A stretch of DNA of 64,000 nt from the IMG/VR virus record IMGVR_UViG_3300043436_003324. One strand, 5' to 3'. The stretch comes from a virus. The notes beneath the pieces were generated by a model that searched no databases, was not told where the DNA came from, and saw nothing but the letters and a program-made list of their open reading frames with translations. Each line of letters opens with the position of its first letter. Within the stretch, counting starts at the first letter, position 1. The translations under genes and the position numbers were made by a program. Below are positions 21,301-31,426 of this stretch, in pieces.

Positions 21301-23843
21301 GGACAATAGAATACGCCGATCCAGCATCCAACGGGGATGTTTTAGCTAACTCAACAATTTATGTGATTAACACAGGTCAAACTGATTATTATTTAGAATA
21401 TCCTACAGACATTGAGTATTTTCAAGTAGTAACAGGATATACGGTTAACTCATTCACGGGAAATACAAATTTTAGTATTACTGATTTAAATAAATTTCCT
21501 AAAAAATACTTATTACATGAAATTGGTTTTGTTTATGAAGACCAATGTAATCCATATACAAATACTTCTCCTTTATTGTACTCTTCAGGTGCCGCAATAG
21601 ACGCAATTGAATCTAGTGTTAGGAATTCTTTGGAAATTATAATATTGACAAGAGGGGTAGACCCATTTACCCCAAAACAAGAGATTGAATACGATTTATC
21701 AATAATATTTGGTAATTCTTCATATGGAGTTGGACCTATAATTACTGGTAACTATTATTTAAATTATCCTATACAACCATTATTAACAAACAATATTAAA
21801 CCATTATCTCACGATACGGTTGATAATACTACAAATAATTTATATTTCCCGTCATTAACTTTTGACCTAACACCAGGACAATACACAGGTTATACCTCAA
21901 CATTACCGTATTATTATTTATCTACAGACGATAATTCAGGAACATATACCCCAAATGGTACATTACAACAAGTTTCTGTAATATCTTCATCACCGTACAA
22001 TTTATTTACAACCTCTCCATATAATTGGGTCATTCCAAAATACGTACAAGATTATTTTGTTGGGGGTACCTTTATTGGGTCACAGTCTCAAGATGGGCCG
22101 TCAACTAACCCAACCGTGTATACATTTTTTGATTCAGGTGCTGCGTATGATGAAACTAGTTATGGAACACCACCAAGTGGATATAATGCACTGTACTCAA
22201 GATCATATTATAGATATCTTTCATCTTCCGTTAACTTTAGTGATGAAACAAGGTTAGTAATGAGAAGTGATAGGATACCAACATCAACAAGAACTCAAGA
22301 TGGTAACGATACTCAAACAGGGTATGGTCTACATCAAAATAATAACTTTTATTTCTTTAAGGGTAGTGGGGTTCAGTCAAACCCTAGTATTGGTGGGCCA
22401 GGAACACTACCAACAGGTAATTATGCTGATTCGACAGGGTTAGTTACGGGATTAACATCAACATTAACTTGTGAAGGTTTGGTTTCGTTACAATGTTACT
22501 CAGGAACAGGAACAGGAATTACCGTAAACCCAAATTGTGATGTACCAAGTGATAGAGTTGTTAAAGGATGTTATTGTCTTCTAAATAAAAAATATATTTC
22601 ACAATACGATGAAGATGTAAAATTATTTTTAGAATGGAAAGTTAGATACTTGTTAATGTTAGCGGCATGTAGAGGAGTATTTGCAAGAGTATTCCAAAAC
22701 AATTGGATAAATGGATTTTTATATATGCCTTCATTTAATAAGACATCCACATATGCAAATAATTCAGTTACTGACCCAACATACAATTACTGTAAAGACA
22801 CTGTAGTTTTTGATGACGCACAAAATACTTTCTATTATAGATCATCTCCTTGGGATAGATTTGTTAACCAATTCATTGGTAAACCATCACCAACACCACC
22901 AAATAACTTGGCGGCATTATTTATCAATAATCCAGGGTATAACGACAAACAAATACAAAGTCCAACAACAATTGTAGATTTAGGACCAAGAGATGAATTC
23001 ATTAATCAAATATGTAATAATGAAAATTTAGAGGGTTATTTTGCAAACCAATTAAAATCAACTTCATATAGTGATGACTCTGATATTATGCAAATGGGAT
23101 TCATTTCTAGATTACTGAATCAAACTATAATACAACAAATGTTTCCGGTATCTACAAACGGAAATCAAGGGGAAGGTATAGGTGTTGTTCAGTTCTTTAA
23201 TAGTACGAGAGGTGGTGATAGAATTGACGGAGATTTTGCACAAGCAATCTCAACAAATAGTGAATTTAAAGTAAATCCTTATTTAGAACAGAACTACCCA
23301 AATAACTACTTATTCATTGGAGACGACACCCAATCACCATCAAGACCTATTTTTGGTATTTTCTTTCAAGACAATAACGAGGAAAAAATAACAAGAAAAA
23401 AATTAACACCTGGAATACAAACATATAACATTTCACCATTTGTTGGTTATAATTATGGGTACCCATCCACACAAGAAGTTCCATTCTATAAATGGCAAAT
23501 TACTTCCCCATCAAATTACATTTTTGGAACGGAGAATAATAATTGGTATACATCCCCATTTATAACAAGTGGAGGGTTCTATAAAAACAAATACCAAAGT
23601 TTAGATTTCCAAACCTCAGATTATTTTAAAACCACAACAACACAAGAAGGTCATATTGCAAACTTTACCCCAGGACCTAACCCAACAACAGTTAACGTTA
23701 CTTATGGAGCACCAAACACACCTGGTTTAGACCCTGTTCTTGTTGGGGCACCGTTCCATTTTTATTTTGGATTGAATAACGGTTTTACCGCACTTGATAG
23801 ATTTATTAAACTTTATGTAAATAACGCAGAGACAAATGGGTAA
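18363..23843 (+). CDS. Large (1826 aa) putative virion protein with an internal hydrophobic multi-helix segment
   Basis: Baseplate-cluster context; N-terminal beta-sandwich-like TNDSGDFMIFGVPTGQQTL; strongly hydrophobic aa ~582-690 followed by CNACSCDC. Confidence 0.8.
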   Translation: MPHSYRIRTNIGVDKSVNLKFDQDFDFIEILSLKLTQAEIYERRCADYGVIAGRVSVNGGFGLANAKLSVFIPLTNEDELNPIISELYPYKTLNNKNEDGYKYNLLPKSPEYLGHVPTGSFFDRDEAILERSVIEVYDKYYKYTVTTNDSGDFMIFGVPTGQQTLVMNLDLSNIGCFSLTPQDLIDSGFAVESQFNGSKFKSSNNLSELPQIITLVKQVNVEPLWGEPDICFIGITRQDFDLSEEINLTIKPTAVFMGSIATTQDEQALKTNCRVPLAAGTFCSLNAGQGRVSAIRQTINIDGNGYPVLEEYEIEQGGKIIDGDGTYLLKVPMNLDYIVTDEFGNQVISLDPTVGIPTKGKYRFKVSWQNDGGIQSEILRANFLVPNIKEYGWASTTPTADPTLGVPLNYSVSVPGTTTSLNPAIVLPAQTGGLILQSYVNSQDVTITINGVPYTGSLSSIPINTPGANIGINSNAVDTTQTQNFEFTFYDQAAYDSFRSYAFSLDWDDYGDSTMIQEAINCEDRFFELNYNKVYTTAMFLDRYKNGISRARHLGIKEIDDRECISKNNPFPVNDAVQKFDFIYFLAMLLLNILTFPILVVLFVAHFVAWAWPVLKWVLIILCLYFLYIQVRETIDAIQSALESAATAIPGGPVFNIGVILRTAWQILQAVFKLALYLVFFAFVIVFIIRLKGFPRIGLPMLSYPECNACSCDCGSAEIDDDFDISSVTQQVNNEYNNQQSEAGNPATTTTDNTFLAPLSSPATYSLSEHPNYPQISENDDIGENDKGNFYCGGSLQYKSLINRVSDQEIVGDVLTQALLDYQRIFSGYDLIDSVNLYKLHAPQPFLFAAEKSVGSDERWFAYPTKETYPQKLNEFNTRDKYFKNSPSGGANSGVNKVRITVNPTTTAPLVSQPYEDQVLVVIAKAGMIQQLGIGEVISFQDPKLSGGWVNLTGATENQFNNTAITGTTVTGDSVTPIVRTIEYADPASNGDVLANSTIYVINTGQTDYYLEYPTDIEYFQVVTGYTVNSFTGNTNFSITDLNKFPKKYLLHEIGFVYEDQCNPYTNTSPLLYSSGAAIDAIESSVRNSLEIIILTRGVDPFTPKQEIEYDLSIIFGNSSYGVGPIITGNYYLNYPIQPLLTNNIKPLSHDTVDNTTNNLYFPSLTFDLTPGQYTGYTSTLPYYYLSTDDNSGTYTPNGTLQQVSVISSSPYNLFTTSPYNWVIPKYVQDYFVGGTFIGSQSQDGPSTNPTVYTFFDSGAAYDETSYGTPPSGYNALYSRSYYRYLSSSVNFSDETRLVMRSDRIPTSTRTQDGNDTQTGYGLHQNNNFYFFKGSGVQSNPSIGGPGTLPTGNYADSTGLVTGLTSTLTCEGLVSLQCYSGTGTGITVNPNCDVPSDRVVKGCYCLLNKKYISQYDEDVKLFLEWKVRYLLMLAACRGVFARVFQNNWINGFLYMPSFNKTSTYANNSVTDPTYNYCKDTVVFDDAQNTFYYRSSPWDRFVNQFIGKPSPTPPNNLAALFINNPGYNDKQIQSPTTIVDLGPRDEFINQICNNENLEGYFANQLKSTSYSDDSDIMQMGFISRLLNQTIIQQMFPVSTNGNQGEGIGVVQFFNSTRGGDRIDGDFAQAISTNSEFKVNPYLEQNYPNNYLFIGDDTQSPSRPIFGIFFQDNNEEKITRKKLTPGIQTYNISPFVGYNYGYPSTQEVPFYKWQITSPSNYIFGTENNNWYTSPFITSGGFYKNKYQSLDFQTSDYFKTTTTQEGHIANFTPGPNPTTVNVTYGAPNTPGLDPVLVGAPFHFYFGLNNGFTALDRFIKLYVNNAETNG

Positions 23844-25569
23844 TAATGAAACTATACAAATATTATTAGGATCTAAAAAGAATAAAATATCCTCAAATGT
23901 TGATGAAGCGGTAAGAGTTCCTCTAAATCAAACGTTTAAACAACAAGTTGAATATGATAGAACCGAAGAAATAAATTTGGCTGAGTTGTTTCAAAAAGAA
24001 AGAGGAGAATCTACAATATTTAGACCAACAACAAAGATAGTATTTTTATTTAAAAACCAATACAGTGGAGGAACGTCTTATGTTCCATATAGAAATAATT
24101 TATATTACACAAACGCTATATCAAATGCGGTTACATCAATAGGTAATCCATCGGCACCTTGGGATGGATTTCCACAATATTATGAATTTGATCTTATTAG
24201 AACAGATAATAACGTAAATGGATACACAACAGGTGTGGGTAATCATGTGAGTTTTATTAATAAAAGTGCAACAACATATAATTGGATGTATTATTTAACG
24301 TACCCACATTTAAATGTTGATCGACAATTATATGCTGATGATCAAGATACAACAAACACATGGTCTTGGCAGGCTTTTGATGGAATACCGTTTATTATTG
24401 AAAACAACACTTTATATGGTGACGATGTAATATCATTTAGATGTCCTATGAATCATGGTTTATCTGTTGGAGAATCAGTTAAACTTAACTTTAATTATAA
24501 TGGAACAGACACCTTTCAAGTGACTTCTTTGGGTAATGAAAATTATGATTCTGAAGATTACATTTTTAACATACAAAATATAGGGTATTTAGGTACCACT
24601 TTCAGTGTGAACACAACAGGGACATTTAAAAGAATTATAAACGCAACTAATGAAATAGACACAACCTCAAACTATTATGTTAGGGTTCACAAAATATTAA
24701 CTAGTATTGAAGATTCTGTTTTAGTTAATGCCGGATTTGAAAAAAATATTTTTAGTAAAGCCGTTAAATTTGAAAAAGCGGTCTTAACACCAAATGGGGT
24801 TGATAGATCTTCCATTAAAGAAGGTAATGACAGTTACAATTTAATGTTTAATAATAACATTGATATTGACGGTTTAAGGGATAACCTTAACAGACCTGTA
24901 AGCGAGTTATTTTTTAGTTTTATTTGGAAAGGATATTTTGGATGGACATTAGGTCCGAATACAAATCTTAAAGAGGGTTACGAATTTAATTTACCTTTAG
25001 AGAATAACCAACCTAGTGTTTGGTGGGATCAAACAAATACACAATCGGATACAGGGTTTTTAACAAACAATTACACATCTAATGGTAATGTTTTTTATTA
25101 TGTCGATAATTTAAATATTGGAGATAACATAAATGGAGACTTTTGTGAATTTAATCCTTATGAACAAAAAGAACGAGTTATATCAAGTACCTATCAAAAA
25201 TTCACATTTAATCCTAACTACTTTACATCAACAAGTTTGTTAACACCATCAAATCAATTAGGGTATTACTATAAAGTACACCACCCAATGACAATTAAAG
25301 TTTTCTCAACATCTGTAAATGAAGAAGGATATCAAAATATAGATTTAGTTCCTGACTACTCATATTTCTCAATAACAAGTCAAACTTTTAGATGGAGAGA
25401 TATTTACCCATATGGGTACAAAGATAGTGAAGGATTCGGAGTTGATTACCCATTTTTAAATGGTAGTCATTACCCTTACGATCAAATTATATTCAGATTA
25501 ATTGGAGACGGAAGTAATATAAATAATCCAAACGTAATTGCAGAACCTATTATAGATGATTGTGAATAA
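23836..25569 (+). CDS. Hypothetical virion structural protein (577 aa)
   Basis: Overlaps the upstream stop; Asn/Tyr/Thr-rich composition typical of baseplate genes. Confidence 0.75.
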   Translation: MGNNETIQILLGSKKNKISSNVDEAVRVPLNQTFKQQVEYDRTEEINLAELFQKERGESTIFRPTTKIVFLFKNQYSGGTSYVPYRNNLYYTNAISNAVTSIGNPSAPWDGFPQYYEFDLIRTDNNVNGYTTGVGNHVSFINKSATTYNWMYYLTYPHLNVDRQLYADDQDTTNTWSWQAFDGIPFIIENNTLYGDDVISFRCPMNHGLSVGESVKLNFNYNGTDTFQVTSLGNENYDSEDYIFNIQNIGYLGTTFSVNTTGTFKRIINATNEIDTTSNYYVRVHKILTSIEDSVLVNAGFEKNIFSKAVKFEKAVLTPNGVDRSSIKEGNDSYNLMFNNNIDIDGLRDNLNRPVSELFFSFIWKGYFGWTLGPNTNLKEGYEFNLPLENNQPSVWWDQTNTQSDTGFLTNNYTSNGNVFYYVDNLNIGDNINGDFCEFNPYEQKERVISSTYQKFTFNPNYFTSTSLLTPSNQLGYYYKVHHPMTIKVFSTSVNEEGYQNIDLVPDYSYFSITSQTFRWRDIYPYGYKDSEGFGVDYPFLNGSHYPYDQIIFRLIGDGSNINNPNVIAEPIIDDCE

Positions 25570-26338
25570 TTATAAAATATTGAAAAAACCAACAGACGTT
25601 TATATTAATATACCTGTTGAAGTTAAGTGGGACATAGATGGTAATGATGATGCCATTGATGAATTTGTTCTTAAAACTATTGATGAGGTTATTGGTAAAG
25701 AAAATGATTTTGAGGTTGCAAGATTCTCACATAAAAAACATGATAATACCGATAAGACCGATATAAATTACGATTTTGGATTTTTTGATCAATCTCTTAA
25801 TTTATGGAACTCTTCTTATTTAACCGAAGGATTTTCCGTTAATGAAGTCTATTATTACACAAAACCATTCACAAAAAGTTTCTTCAAGTTAGACCTATAT
25901 GATACTAAAGATTCTGCAACACAAAGAAATTATTTAACAATAATTTTACCAGTACAACAAGGGGGAATAGAAAACGGTTTAGTTTTAAGTCCGTCCATCC
26001 CTACTGTTAACATAAAAAAACCTGAATTTAAGTTAGACTTTGTTGGAGATAAAGAAGGGTTTTTTATTTATTGGGTTAGAAGTAGAGATTTTATTGATAT
26101 AGATACTTTTTATATGAGGGCCAAATTCTTTAACGGTAAAACGGGAAGTTATGTTATTATGACAAACACTCCACAAACAAGTATTTTACCTACACAATAT
26201 AATTTTGATCCCGCTGAGTATTTTTATTATGAAGTTAATTTAGATTACAGTGATTTTACATATACTATTAAAGACAACAATAATAATAGAGTTGGAACAA
26301 CAACACCAATAAACTGGTATGAATATATGAACCCATAA
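25556..26338 (+). CDS. Hypothetical virion structural protein (260 aa)
   Basis: Translationally coupled within the baseplate cluster. Confidence 0.75.
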   Translation: MIVNNYKILKKPTDVYINIPVEVKWDIDGNDDAIDEFVLKTIDEVIGKENDFEVARFSHKKHDNTDKTDINYDFGFFDQSLNLWNSSYLTEGFSVNEVYYYTKPFTKSFFKLDLYDTKDSATQRNYLTIILPVQQGGIENGLVLSPSIPTVNIKKPEFKLDFVGDKEGFFIYWVRSRDFIDIDTFYMRAKFFNGKTGSYVIMTNTPQTSILPTQYNFDPAEYFYYEVNLDYSDFTYTIKDNNNNRVGTTTPINWYEYMNP

Positions 26339-27480
26339 TGGAAGAACAAAGATATTATATACAGATTGGTCTTGAAGATATAAAGAATAAAATATTTCCT
26401 ATTAATTGGACAGGAGATTGTGAAGAAATATATGTGGAAGATCCTTGTTGTCCTACAGGGGTAACTTACGTTAATTGTGAAACAGGGACAACATATGTTT
26501 ATTCTTCCATGACCCAATTATTATCAGGGGGAACAAACGGAGACTCAACCTTAACAGGGTTAACTATTCCAATCATGTTAACACAGACAACATACGATAT
26601 GGGATGGTATTCTGTGTTTGATGGTTTAATTTACCAAAAAGAAACTTTAAATAACTTTATTTTTTCATCTGACACTATTAATCCATATACATTTTATGTT
26701 TTTAATACATCAAATAATGTAACTCAATCGGTATTTGAAATAGATTGGGGGGATGGATCGCCGATAGTCCCTATTAATATTTTTTCACCCTCATCATTAA
26801 ACCATACGTACCCCGCATCTAATGGTATTTATACAATAAAAATTAAAGGAACTACACCTTGGGGGATAACTGAAGTTACAAAAACCATAAACGTACCTTA
26901 CCAAAATATAGTACCAATTAATCCAAATGGAACGGTAGTATTTTACCAACAAGGGGGTAATTGGGCAAACATTCCTGTAAGTTATGATTTCTTATTTACA
27001 GGAGACTCGAACCCAAATATTATAGATTATATAAGTTCAAGTTATGTTGGAGTACCATTCTTGGTAACAGGAACAACAAATTCTACATTATCTGACTTAG
27101 AACAGTATGGCCCAGTACCATACCCATTAGGAATACAAGTAACAGGAGAAACAGGAGTTGTTGGTATCTATTACGGATCAGTACCAAATGGATCGTATTC
27201 TGCGTATACAATAAATGGTGTGGATTATTGGGACCTAAGTGGAGGTACAACATTATATTTTGTTCAATCTTCGGGATTAACACAAAATGATTTGGTTTTA
27301 TCTGCGATGACAAAAGAAGAAGCATTAATTGGGGTGGCTTATGAACCTGAAATAAGATCTGATTTATTTATTGAAAGGGGGAAAAATTCGGCGTTAGAAT
27401 CTATCGAAAGATTAGGAGAAGTTGATAACATAGGAGATTTAGTCAAATATGGTTATGGTTTTTTTAACGTGGAAACTTAA
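26338..27480 (+). CDS. Hypothetical virion protein with PKD-like domain
   Basis: FEIDWGDGS...LNHTY...GIYTIKIKG is a PKD-type pattern. Confidence 0.7.
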   Translation: MEEQRYYIQIGLEDIKNKIFPINWTGDCEEIYVEDPCCPTGVTYVNCETGTTYVYSSMTQLLSGGTNGDSTLTGLTIPIMLTQTTYDMGWYSVFDGLIYQKETLNNFIFSSDTINPYTFYVFNTSNNVTQSVFEIDWGDGSPIVPINIFSPSSLNHTYPASNGIYTIKIKGTTPWGITEVTKTINVPYQNIVPINPNGTVVFYQQGGNWANIPVSYDFLFTGDSNPNIIDYISSSYVGVPFLVTGTTNSTLSDLEQYGPVPYPLGIQVTGETGVVGIYYGSVPNGSYSAYTINGVDYWDLSGGTTLYFVQSSGLTQNDLVLSAMTKEEALIGVAYEPEIRSDLFIERGKNSALESIERLGEVDNIGDLVKYGYGFFNVET

Positions 27481-27487
27481 TTATTAA

Positions 27488-27494
27488 TATTTAT
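27488..27494 (+). promoter_or_regulatory. Putative late promoter TATTTAT
   Basis: TATTTATA 21 nt before ATG 27516. Confidence 0.5.
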
Positions 27495-27515
27495 AAAATA
27501 ACAAAGTAAAATTAC

Positions 27516-28424
27516 ATGGCAACAGGAACATATGGAACAATAAGACCGGCGGACGTAAGTCCAACTGACGTTGATATTATATTAAATTATACGGAGTCAA
27601 GAGACGTTACAAACAACTTTCAGTTGACAAAATTAAATTCTTCTGCGGTTTTGACCCCTTATTTTCACAACACAAATACTGGAGGTAATTCAGGTGTAGA
27701 AATCTTAGGTGGACTATATAATTTAAGACTACCATCAAATATTTTTAATCAATTAGGGATTTATACATTATATATAAGACCCGCAGAAATTAGAACTAGA
27801 ATAACTGATTGTGGTATATTAGCAGCACTACCAAACATAAAAGGGATAGTGATAGATATAAGTAACGTTCCCGTTTCATTCAGAGATAAATTTGTTAATC
27901 AAGGTTTAATTGGTTATAGGGTTGAATACTTACAGACAAGTGGGGCTAAAATACCAAATTTTTTCAGAATAGTTACCTCATCTTTTTACTGCGAACCCGT
28001 GGTCCAAAATACCACAAACACCTCAACAAGCACTGTTAGATATCAATATGTGAATGGGGTTACAAATTTAATATTTTGTACATTATCACCTTCTTCATCA
28101 CCATCTAACAAACCAAACGCAACACCATTTATTGGTCAACCAGATCAAGAAATAATAATAAGTAATACATTCTTTAATCCTGTTACTATGGAGATTGAAA
28201 TGGTTGAACACGACATTTCCACATTGGCAATTTCCTTGTTTGGTAATCAGACTAAGTCTCTTAATGATGGAATTTATACACTTTACGATACTCAGAATAA
28301 CATTTACAAACAATACAATTTATTTGAAATTAGAGATCAATATAACGAACTTTTATATGAAGTAAAACAAGATAGAGGTGATAACATAGATTTTAGTAAA
28401 AACTTTGCAAATATAACACAATAA
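27516..28424 (+). CDS. Hypothetical virion structural protein (302 aa)
   Basis: Late motif upstream; coupled to next gene. Confidence 0.75.
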   Translation: MATGTYGTIRPADVSPTDVDIILNYTESRDVTNNFQLTKLNSSAVLTPYFHNTNTGGNSGVEILGGLYNLRLPSNIFNQLGIYTLYIRPAEIRTRITDCGILAALPNIKGIVIDISNVPVSFRDKFVNQGLIGYRVEYLQTSGAKIPNFFRIVTSSFYCEPVVQNTTNTSTSTVRYQYVNGVTNLIFCTLSPSSSPSNKPNATPFIGQPDQEIIISNTFFNPVTMEIEMVEHDISTLAISLFGNQTKSLNDGIYTLYDTQNNIYKQYNLFEIRDQYNELLYEVKQDRGDNIDFSKNFANITQ

Positions 28425-31400
28425 TGGCAGTAATAAAATATAAATGGCCTCCACAAACTGATACAGGAGATAGTACATTTTCTGACGATTTAGTTGGGGT
28501 TCAATTAGTTGCCGGTGGGGGATTAACTAACGCTAATTTTGAGTTCACAACAGGAATTACTGAAAAACAAAACAGAACATTTAATATTGGTGCTTTTTCA
28601 GATCCGATAAGTTTATCTGATTTAGATTTAAAAAGTATCGAAGAGTCAAAAGTCTTAATTGCTAAAAATTTACAAGTTTACCCAAATTTTGATTTAAGTG
28701 AAATAACCAACTTTACATTATTTGGATCACTAACAAAAAGAATTTCAACGTCTATAACAAGAATAATTAATTATTTTCCGGCATCCGTAGAATGTTTAAA
28801 GAATAACCTTAATTTTCAAACAGGACTAACGGCAGTTAATATTTTATATAACAAAATTTTAAATGAAACATATTTAGAGATACCTTTAAATTGGATAAGA
28901 AATCCATTCGATATTGATTTTACAACAAACGCAACAAGAAACTTTGAATTAAGTGAGGTTGAGCAATCACCTTTAAGAAATTTAACAGTTCAATATAAGA
29001 ACTATTCAATATTTGTTAATAATTCCGAATATAACGTAGTATTTTTAGATCCTACTGATGAAACTGATAATTATTTAAAACTCTATGTAAATGGAAATCC
29101 TTTTTCAGGGATGTCCGCAACAACAGATAATATCATATTAAGACCCAACACTACTTATACGGAAAAATCGTTTAATGATTTTTTTGATGAGGTAGAAAAA
29201 TTTCTTTTAAATAGATTAATACAACCAATTTATACCGCAACTTTCCAAGTTCCACAAGAAAACAATGATGGTACTTACACAACAACAAGTCAAAACATTA
29301 CATGGCCTTTGGATGGATTGTGGAATTTAGATATTAGAACTAACGATTTTGATAAATATTTAACAACTTTAAATGACTTATGTGAAAACTTAGACTCATA
29401 TAATACTAATTTAATATCAAGGTTTTTAACCACAGGAGCATTAAAAGAATTTGATACTGGTGATAGAAAATTAGAAAAGGTATTACAGATATACGGAAGA
29501 AGTTTTGATGAGGTGAGAAAATTTGTTATGTCATTGGCAAATATGACATCCGTTAATTACAATACAGGTAATGACATACCATCACAATTATTAAAAAATC
29601 TTGCAGAAACATTAGGGTGGAAAACAAACATTTCACCAATAAGTAATGAATCGCTTTTAGATTCAATTTTTGGTACCAATCAAGAAAGTAATTTTCCTGG
29701 ATACTCAAGAGCGTTAACTCCTGATGAAATTAATTACCAATTCTATAAAAATTTAATTTTAAATGCCGCCTATTTGTTTAAATCAAAGGGAACAAGAAGA
29801 TCTATTGAAATTTTATTAAGATTGATTGGAGCACCTGAGGCTTTAATTGATTTTAATGAATACATATACATTGCAGATGAAAGAATAAACCTTTCTCAGT
29901 TTGAAAATCAATATTTAAATATTTCAGGTGGTCTGTATGTACAACAACTTCCTGTTTCAGACCCTACAGATACGTTTTCAATAATGGGAGTCCTATATAA
30001 TGGTTTTACATTACAAACGACTATTAGCGGAGTAACAACAACAAGGTTAGATTATCCAATGGATAGTTTAGGTTACCCAACCGCAGCACAAGAAAGCGAA
30101 GGGTATTTCTTCCAAATAGGAGGAGGTTGGTATGAATCAACACCTGATCATCACATGCCTGAACAAGTTGTAGAGACAAATCAAGTATTTGTTGGTCAAA
30201 ATCCTAATTACCAAACTGTTCTATTACCATTTAATTATGGTCAAACATACCTTGATAGGTATCGTAAATTTCCATTTATGTCTTTAGGTTATGATTTAGT
30301 TAAAGTAATTGATAATAAAAAAAGTTGGACTATTGATAATGTTGGTTTAAGAAATACGTCTGATGGTGGATTTACCGCATACTATAGGGTTTATGATGAA
30401 AGATTTGTTGTAAACGTTAAAAATGTTGACGTATTTTTAAATCCGGCTCAAGGGTTGGTTTATGATGTTTGGTCAATGTCAAGACAGTATAATTACCCAA
30501 TACCAAACGAGGGATTAGACTATGTTGAACCAACATATTGTAACCCTAATCCAAACGGACCATACCCAAATAGGGGGGGTATAGATTGGACTGAAATTAA
30601 CCCAAAACCAAAACAAAAAACATTCTTTGAGTTTGCTCAAACATTTTGGCATAACATGATCAATGTTAGAAATAGACAATTTATTACCGATGGTAAAACA
30701 GGAGGATACCCAACATTACAGTCTATATATTGGAAATACTTAGAATCTGAACAGGCGATTAATATCCCTAACGATAACTTTACATATAAAACAATGATCG
30801 ACTATGTTAATGGAATCGGAGATTATTGGATAAAATTAGTTGGACAAATGATACCAGCAACAACATTGGTAACATCAGGAGTAAGATTGGAAAATTCTAT
30901 ATTTCATAGACAAAAATTTGTTTGGAGAAGACAAATGGGTTGTCAAATAGTTCCAATACCATGTAAACCTTGTGCGTTGGTTGGTCAATTATTTGCGGTT
31001 GATTGTCCTATACAAGAAGTTACTTGTCCTATCTATCCTTGGGGGTCTAATCCAACAGTGACCTCATTTGCGGTTGTGTTAAATAGTTTATTACAATCTC
31101 AAGGATATGTTTTGACTGGTTGTGATCTTAATTCATTAGAAAGTACTTGGTATATTGATTTAGTTTTAAATGGTAATACTTTAGTTCATGATGAATTTTT
31201 TACGGGATATGGTAATACAAGTCCTATTGCTAGTTACCCATCTCAAAACGATTGGATAACCGCACTTGAATCGAGTTTAAGTAATTTACAATCAGAAGGT
31301 TTAAATTATGTTATTAATACTGATGATACTGTTACTGTATATAATGGTAATTGTATTCCATTAAGTGTTACTCAAGATTTTAAAATAAATGTTGGAATAA

Positions 31401-31426
31401 ACTTTAATCTACTTTGTAACCAATGA
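28424..31426 (+). CDS. Baseplate wedge protein, gp7/P2-gpI-like
   Basis: IPSQLLKNLAETLGW...LILNAAYLFKSKGTRRSIEILLRLIG matches the tail-protein-I/gp7 helix motif. Confidence 0.7.
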   Translation: MAVIKYKWPPQTDTGDSTFSDDLVGVQLVAGGGLTNANFEFTTGITEKQNRTFNIGAFSDPISLSDLDLKSIEESKVLIAKNLQVYPNFDLSEITNFTLFGSLTKRISTSITRIINYFPASVECLKNNLNFQTGLTAVNILYNKILNETYLEIPLNWIRNPFDIDFTTNATRNFELSEVEQSPLRNLTVQYKNYSIFVNNSEYNVVFLDPTDETDNYLKLYVNGNPFSGMSATTDNIILRPNTTYTEKSFNDFFDEVEKFLLNRLIQPIYTATFQVPQENNDGTYTTTSQNITWPLDGLWNLDIRTNDFDKYLTTLNDLCENLDSYNTNLISRFLTTGALKEFDTGDRKLEKVLQIYGRSFDEVRKFVMSLANMTSVNYNTGNDIPSQLLKNLAETLGWKTNISPISNESLLDSIFGTNQESNFPGYSRALTPDEINYQFYKNLILNAAYLFKSKGTRRSIEILLRLIGAPEALIDFNEYIYIADERINLSQFENQYLNISGGLYVQQLPVSDPTDTFSIMGVLYNGFTLQTTISGVTTTRLDYPMDSLGYPTAAQESEGYFFQIGGGWYESTPDHHMPEQVVETNQVFVGQNPNYQTVLLPFNYGQTYLDRYRKFPFMSLGYDLVKVIDNKKSWTIDNVGLRNTSDGGFTAYYRVYDERFVVNVKNVDVFLNPAQGLVYDVWSMSRQYNYPIPNEGLDYVEPTYCNPNPNGPYPNRGGIDWTEINPKPKQKTFFEFAQTFWHNMINVRNRQFITDGKTGGYPTLQSIYWKYLESEQAINIPNDNFTYKTMIDYVNGIGDYWIKLVGQMIPATTLVTSGVRLENSIFHRQKFVWRRQMGCQIVPIPCKPCALVGQLFAVDCPIQEVTCPIYPWGSNPTVTSFAVVLNSLLQSQGYVLTGCDLNSLESTWYIDLVLNGNTLVHDEFFTGYGNTSPIASYPSQNDWITALESSLSNLQSEGLNYVINTDDTVTVYNGNCIPLSVTQDFKINVGINFNLLCNQ

